Shown in pieces: positions 59,857 through 64,000 of a stretch of DNA of 64,000 nucleotides (positions within the stretch are counted from its first letter, which is position 1; each line of letters opens with the position of its first letter). This DNA is from Octopus sinensis (lineage: Eukaryota), in contig NW_021832380.1 in assembly GCF_006345805.1 (NCBI RefSeq), forward strand, positions 124,001 through 188,000, written 5' to 3'. The notes under the pieces are model-generated. The model was not told the origin of the DNA and searched no databases. It worked only from the letters and a program-made list of their open reading frames with translations. Made by a program: the position numbers and the translations under genes.

Positions 59857-60325
59857 ATTGAATTTTTTGGTGTTAAAAAAGAGGCGCTTCCTTTTTATGC
59901 CCCATGCAACCACTGAGGGCTGCATTTTAACAAATCCCCTTAATTTTTATGACCTGACTTTCTTAGCCTGTAGCATTTTACAGTAGCATGAAAGCAGGGT
60001 CTATGAATTGCTATCCATTTGGCCATATGGCCAAAAACAATTTACTATTAAATTACAAGTAAAAAGCTAATCAATGACCGTTTTAGTTTTCTACAATATT
60101 TTAATTAATTCGTCAATCATTAGTTACTTCTGGCAAATGAGCTGTTTTATTTCTAATTCAGATCATTCGCATGTTTTTTATATTTCTGTTCAACATATTC
60201 CAATTCCTCAGTAATGTTTGATTGTTCTCTCATATTAGAATAAACGTTTCTTTTATGTATTCCCCGTTTGTACAGCTTACCTTTTTTACGATATTAATTT
60301 ATTTAATTAAACGTTCGTGATTAAA
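59857..60325 (+). repeat. Complete ~470-bp repeat unit (block A plus block B)
   Basis: Contains both homology blocks in order; 18-bp palindrome TTTGGCCATATGGCCAAA at 60018-60035. Confidence 0.85.
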
Positions 60326-60387
60326 TAAAAAACGACTTTGAATGAGTTTGCGATTTACAGATTTTGAAAAACACTTTAAAAGTCTTA

Positions 60388-60555
60388 GTTCCGATCGCAG
60401 TGGAGACGTCGGAAGTCCTCGGTCCCAAAACTAAAAATTCATTATTAAACTGGGGGACCTGGCAAGCAGAAGGAGAAATGATCATCGGGAACGGACATGG
60501 CTTTTCCAACGCATATCAATAGCCATCTTGCGTGGGAATTGCCTCTTATCCTCTG
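60388..60555 (+). mobile_element. Short CRE-clade REL 3' fragment, opposite orientation
   Basis: VPIAVETS...LGPK and WLFQRISIAILRGNC. Confidence 0.8.
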
Positions 60556-60938
60556 CTAGTAATTAAATACGTGTTCTAGTTTTACATAACTAATTAAATT
60601 CTATACTTTAAAAGTTAAAAGCAAATTATCACATTCATTAACACAATTGACCACCAATTGACGGCGAAGTTATAAAAATTTTCGTAGAAATATTAACTAT
60701 TTATTAAAGTTTTTCGTAAGCATACAATTTATTAGAAGCATGCTCCTATTCCTAATCTATTTTGTTATTTATAAATAATTTTTTTAATGGATAACGAGAG
60801 GTGGGAACGAAGCTAAAGAAAAAGAACGAAGCTGCAAAAAATAAAGCTCAGTTTATGTTATTTAATTAAAATTGTTTGTTTTATTTAGAAAAGAACAAAT
60901 AGATTAGTCATGTCAGCGAAGCTAATATTAGTTATCAG

Positions 60939-62772
60939 TAGGGCAACCAAAAAATGCACTTTTTAATAAAAAAAATTGCAAAAATGAATTTTAAAAATTG
61001 TAAAAAATTGCAAAAATAATTTTTTTTAATTGTAAACATTACATTATGCAAAAAATTAACGAAATTATTTATTGTAATAGGAAATCAAATATTCCTGAAC
61101 ATTTTCAGGTTTAAAGTTCCTCTCTTTACTAAGAATTTTCGTCAAAAGAGATATTGCCCTTTCGATAGATGCTGAACTTGCGCTACATTTTCTGAGATGT
61201 GAATAAACTTCTGGCGATAGATTCTTATTTGAGAATTCAGAATACTTAGTATTCCTGATTTCTCAAGCTTTTTTGATATATAGGATTTTATGTCGCATGG
61301 ATCTGATGTAAAGTCTAGGTGTTTAGATCACCATAAGCTGTTGCAATGGAGTAATCAAGCAATTCAGTATTTGAAATCATTTCAATTAATCCCAAATAAT
61401 TTGAACTGATTTGGGTTAAGCTTGGAAACAACGTAGGATTATTCACTGATTTTTTTGCCTAAAATAATTAAAAACTAAAACATTTTGTATTAAAACTCCA
61501 TCTCCTTCAAATTCAGATACGATTTTAATAATTTCTGGAAGATTCTGGGAGTAATATTTTGCTGCTTTTAGCCAGCTTCCCCATCTTGTAACCACAACTT
61601 CGGGTGGATTTCCGATTCGTGAAAACATCTCCAAACGTCTCTTGTTTTTGACTGTGGCAGCCTTTATAGACGAAATCAATTCATCACATCTGCGAAGTAT
61701 GCCTTAATCTTTAGAGCACAGTTGTGCAATAAATGTGACACGCAAGTCACGTGGAAAAGATTTTGGTATATCAATTTCATTGATGCCCCAGCTAAAATTA
61801 AATTTATTTATATATACCACTGGTCATATATCTCGCCCCATCTGTAACGAATAATATAAAATTTTCACGTTCAATAGAAAATTTCTTATTACTTTGTCCA
61901 CCTCAACACAAATGTTGAAGTAGTAGGCGGATAATATAGATTGGTACACGATACTAAATGAAGATTTTTTGGAGTGGAGATTTTCCCAATCAAAGTAATT
62001 AAAAAACGAGTTCCATTGATTTGGGCTTCATCACAAACAAAAAAAACACATTCCCCACTATTGAATAACTTAAAAAAAACAACAGTAAATGAGTCTGAAT
62101 GGTATTAATTTTATATTTTGATATTTCTTTAACATTTAACCTGCAAGATGATTCAGATGGCAAAGGATATGTTTCCTGCTCAAAAAGCCGTATGAGGGAA
62201 GGATGTCTGATTTTATAAATTGGTATTTTTGCCTCCAAAAACGCTTGTGTTACTTTGATCCCCCAATCCTTTCGAGTATCCGTTATCGCCGAAAGAAATG
62301 TTTGTGAACTCTGAGATGAATTTGTCCATTCTATAAATTAAATTCAAAGAAATACTGTGTGCTTTTAAATGTTTTTTGAAGAACGGTGCGCATCAACAAA
62401 AAATTTTGTGTCACACCGTACAACATTGAGCAATTGGAGCAAAATAAATTCCCTTCACTGTCAATAACAAACTCGGGGAATTTCTTTGCATAAAATGAAA
62501 TTTTCTGTGACACTGTCCTTTTACCCATTACAACAAACACTAAAACACGTTTTAATAATCTTTTACTTATAATTATATTATTTTTGATAAAAAAATTTTT
62601 TTTTAATTTAAAAAAATTGCAAAAAATTGTAAAATGACTACAAAAATTGCAAAAAATTGCAAATTTAAATCGAATAAAAATATAATTAAAATTAATGTCT
62701 ATTCATTACTTTATTATTTATCGAATTTTAATTAAATTATATTTAATTGCAAAAATTGCAATTGTTGCCCTA
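60939..62772 (-). mobile_element. Full-length hAT DNA transposon with frameshifted transposase
   Basis: TIR TAGGGCAAC / GTTGCCCTA; 8-bp TSD GTTATCAG (60931-60938 and 62773-62780); LFCSNC zinc finger, HVTCVAH, VTRWGSW, SSASIER dimerisation motif. Confidence 0.92.
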
Positions 62773-62789
62773 GTTATCAGCCGTCGGAA

Positions 62790-63300
62790 AATAAATCCCA
62801 TAAGCCTAATTCCAACCATCTCAAGGCTGATTGGAAAATTCATGGTCAAGCGCCTTGACTTCCTCGCCGAAGAGAAGAAAGTGCTTCCCCCACAGCAATG
62901 GGGTTTTTGTTCTTGGCGGGGCTGGAGTGACTGTTTCATAACGATTCAGTCCATAGCCTCGGGAGGAATGGAGTTCAAAAAACTCTATCTCTCATAGAAA
63001 TTTCAAAGGCCTTCAACAGCAACTGACATAGGGATCTATTGAAGAGGATCCAACCCTGTGAACCAACAGAAGAGACCTTCTTCTGCCTGCTGTGCTTTGT
63101 CACGAACCGCCATTTGATTCCGAATCAGGCTTTTGCTCAAGAAACATCACACTCCGAAAAAGGGTCCCGCAAGGGTCCTGTCTCAGTTCACTTATATTCT
63201 AATTTGGTAGTGAGTTGTTTCCCTCACTCTCTTCTTGTCTTCTACATCTCGATAAACACAATTTCCTTGGAAAAACGACTTTCTATACCATTTTCAAGTC
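62790..63300 (+). mobile_element. Decayed LINE RT remnant
   Basis: PISLIPTISRL...QQWGF...SKAF. Confidence 0.7.
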
Positions 63301-63455
63301 AATTTGACAATTACAAACTTCAAATGTCATCTGATAGATTATGGAAGAACGGTTCTCACTCGGCATTGGCAAACATTTATTGCCAAATAAATATTGAGGT
63401 CTAATAATTACGTACTATTTCATGATTATTTGTAGTCTAATGAATACGTGATATC

Positions 63456-64000
63456 TAGGGCAACCAAAAAATTGCACTTTTTAATAAAAAAAATTGCAAA
63501 AATAAATTTTAAAAATTGTAAAAAATTGCAAAAATAATTTTTTTTAATTGTAAACATTACATTATGCAAAAAATTAACGAAATTATTTATTGTAATAGGA
63601 AATCAAATATTCCTGAACATTTTCAGGTTTAAAGTTCCTCTCTTTACTAAGAATTTTCGTCAAAAGAGATATTGCCCTTTCGATAGATGCTGAACTTGCG
63701 CTACATTTTCTGAGATGTGAATAAACTTCTGGCGATAGATTCTTATTTGAGAATTCAAGAATACTTAGTATTCCTGATTTCTCAAGCTTTTTTGATATAT
63801 AGGATTTTATGTCGCATGGATCTGATGTAAAGTCTAGGGTGTTTAGATCACCATAAGCTGTTGCAATGGAGTAATCAAGCAATTCAGTATTTGAAATCAT
63901 TTCAATTAATCCCAAATAATTTGAACTGATTTGGGTTAAGCTTGGAAACAACGTAGGATTATTCACTGATTTTTTTGCCTAAAATAATTAAAAACTAAAA
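63456..64000 (-). mobile_element. Second copy of the same hAT element, running off the window
   Basis: Near-identical to 60939 onward; different 5' flank GTGATATC; 127-aa C-terminal frame is open. Confidence 0.92.

Overview
Eukaryotic (metazoan) genomic DNA from a highly compacted genome in which nearly all introns I could reconstruct are about 23-29 nt GT-AG micro-introns. This architecture best matches a dicyemid mesozoan, but the taxon is an inference. The window alternates between GC-richer, tightly packed gene islands and AT-rich transposon graveyards. Genes recognised by manual splicing and motif recall: a POU homeobox gene, TIMMDC1, an INF2-like formin, a divergent cullin, a stand-alone HBS1L-short/SKI7-like ORF, TAF8, NCKAP1, LRP2BP, an unknown secreted micro-exon gene, RPAP1, SNRPB, UROS, ARMC9, an MTSS1-like I-BAR gene, EEF1B, mitochondrial IleRS and PSMD7. 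Mobile elements: an intact APE-RT LINE with a 2A/StopGo peptide, several CRE-clade RT-REL retrotransposons, R4-like REL remnants, hAT elements, a Ginger2/TDD-like element, and Tc/mariner and Merlin-like remnants. The most interesting structure is at 53.6-60.6 kb. There a ~470-bp structured repeat unit containing an Sm-site-like motif is interrupted at the same junction by divergent CRE retrotransposons, with a 20-bp target-site-like duplication. This suggests site-specific targeting of an unrecognised small-RNA gene array. All gene calls are by eye without database searches; internal exon boundaries and some gene ends are approximate.
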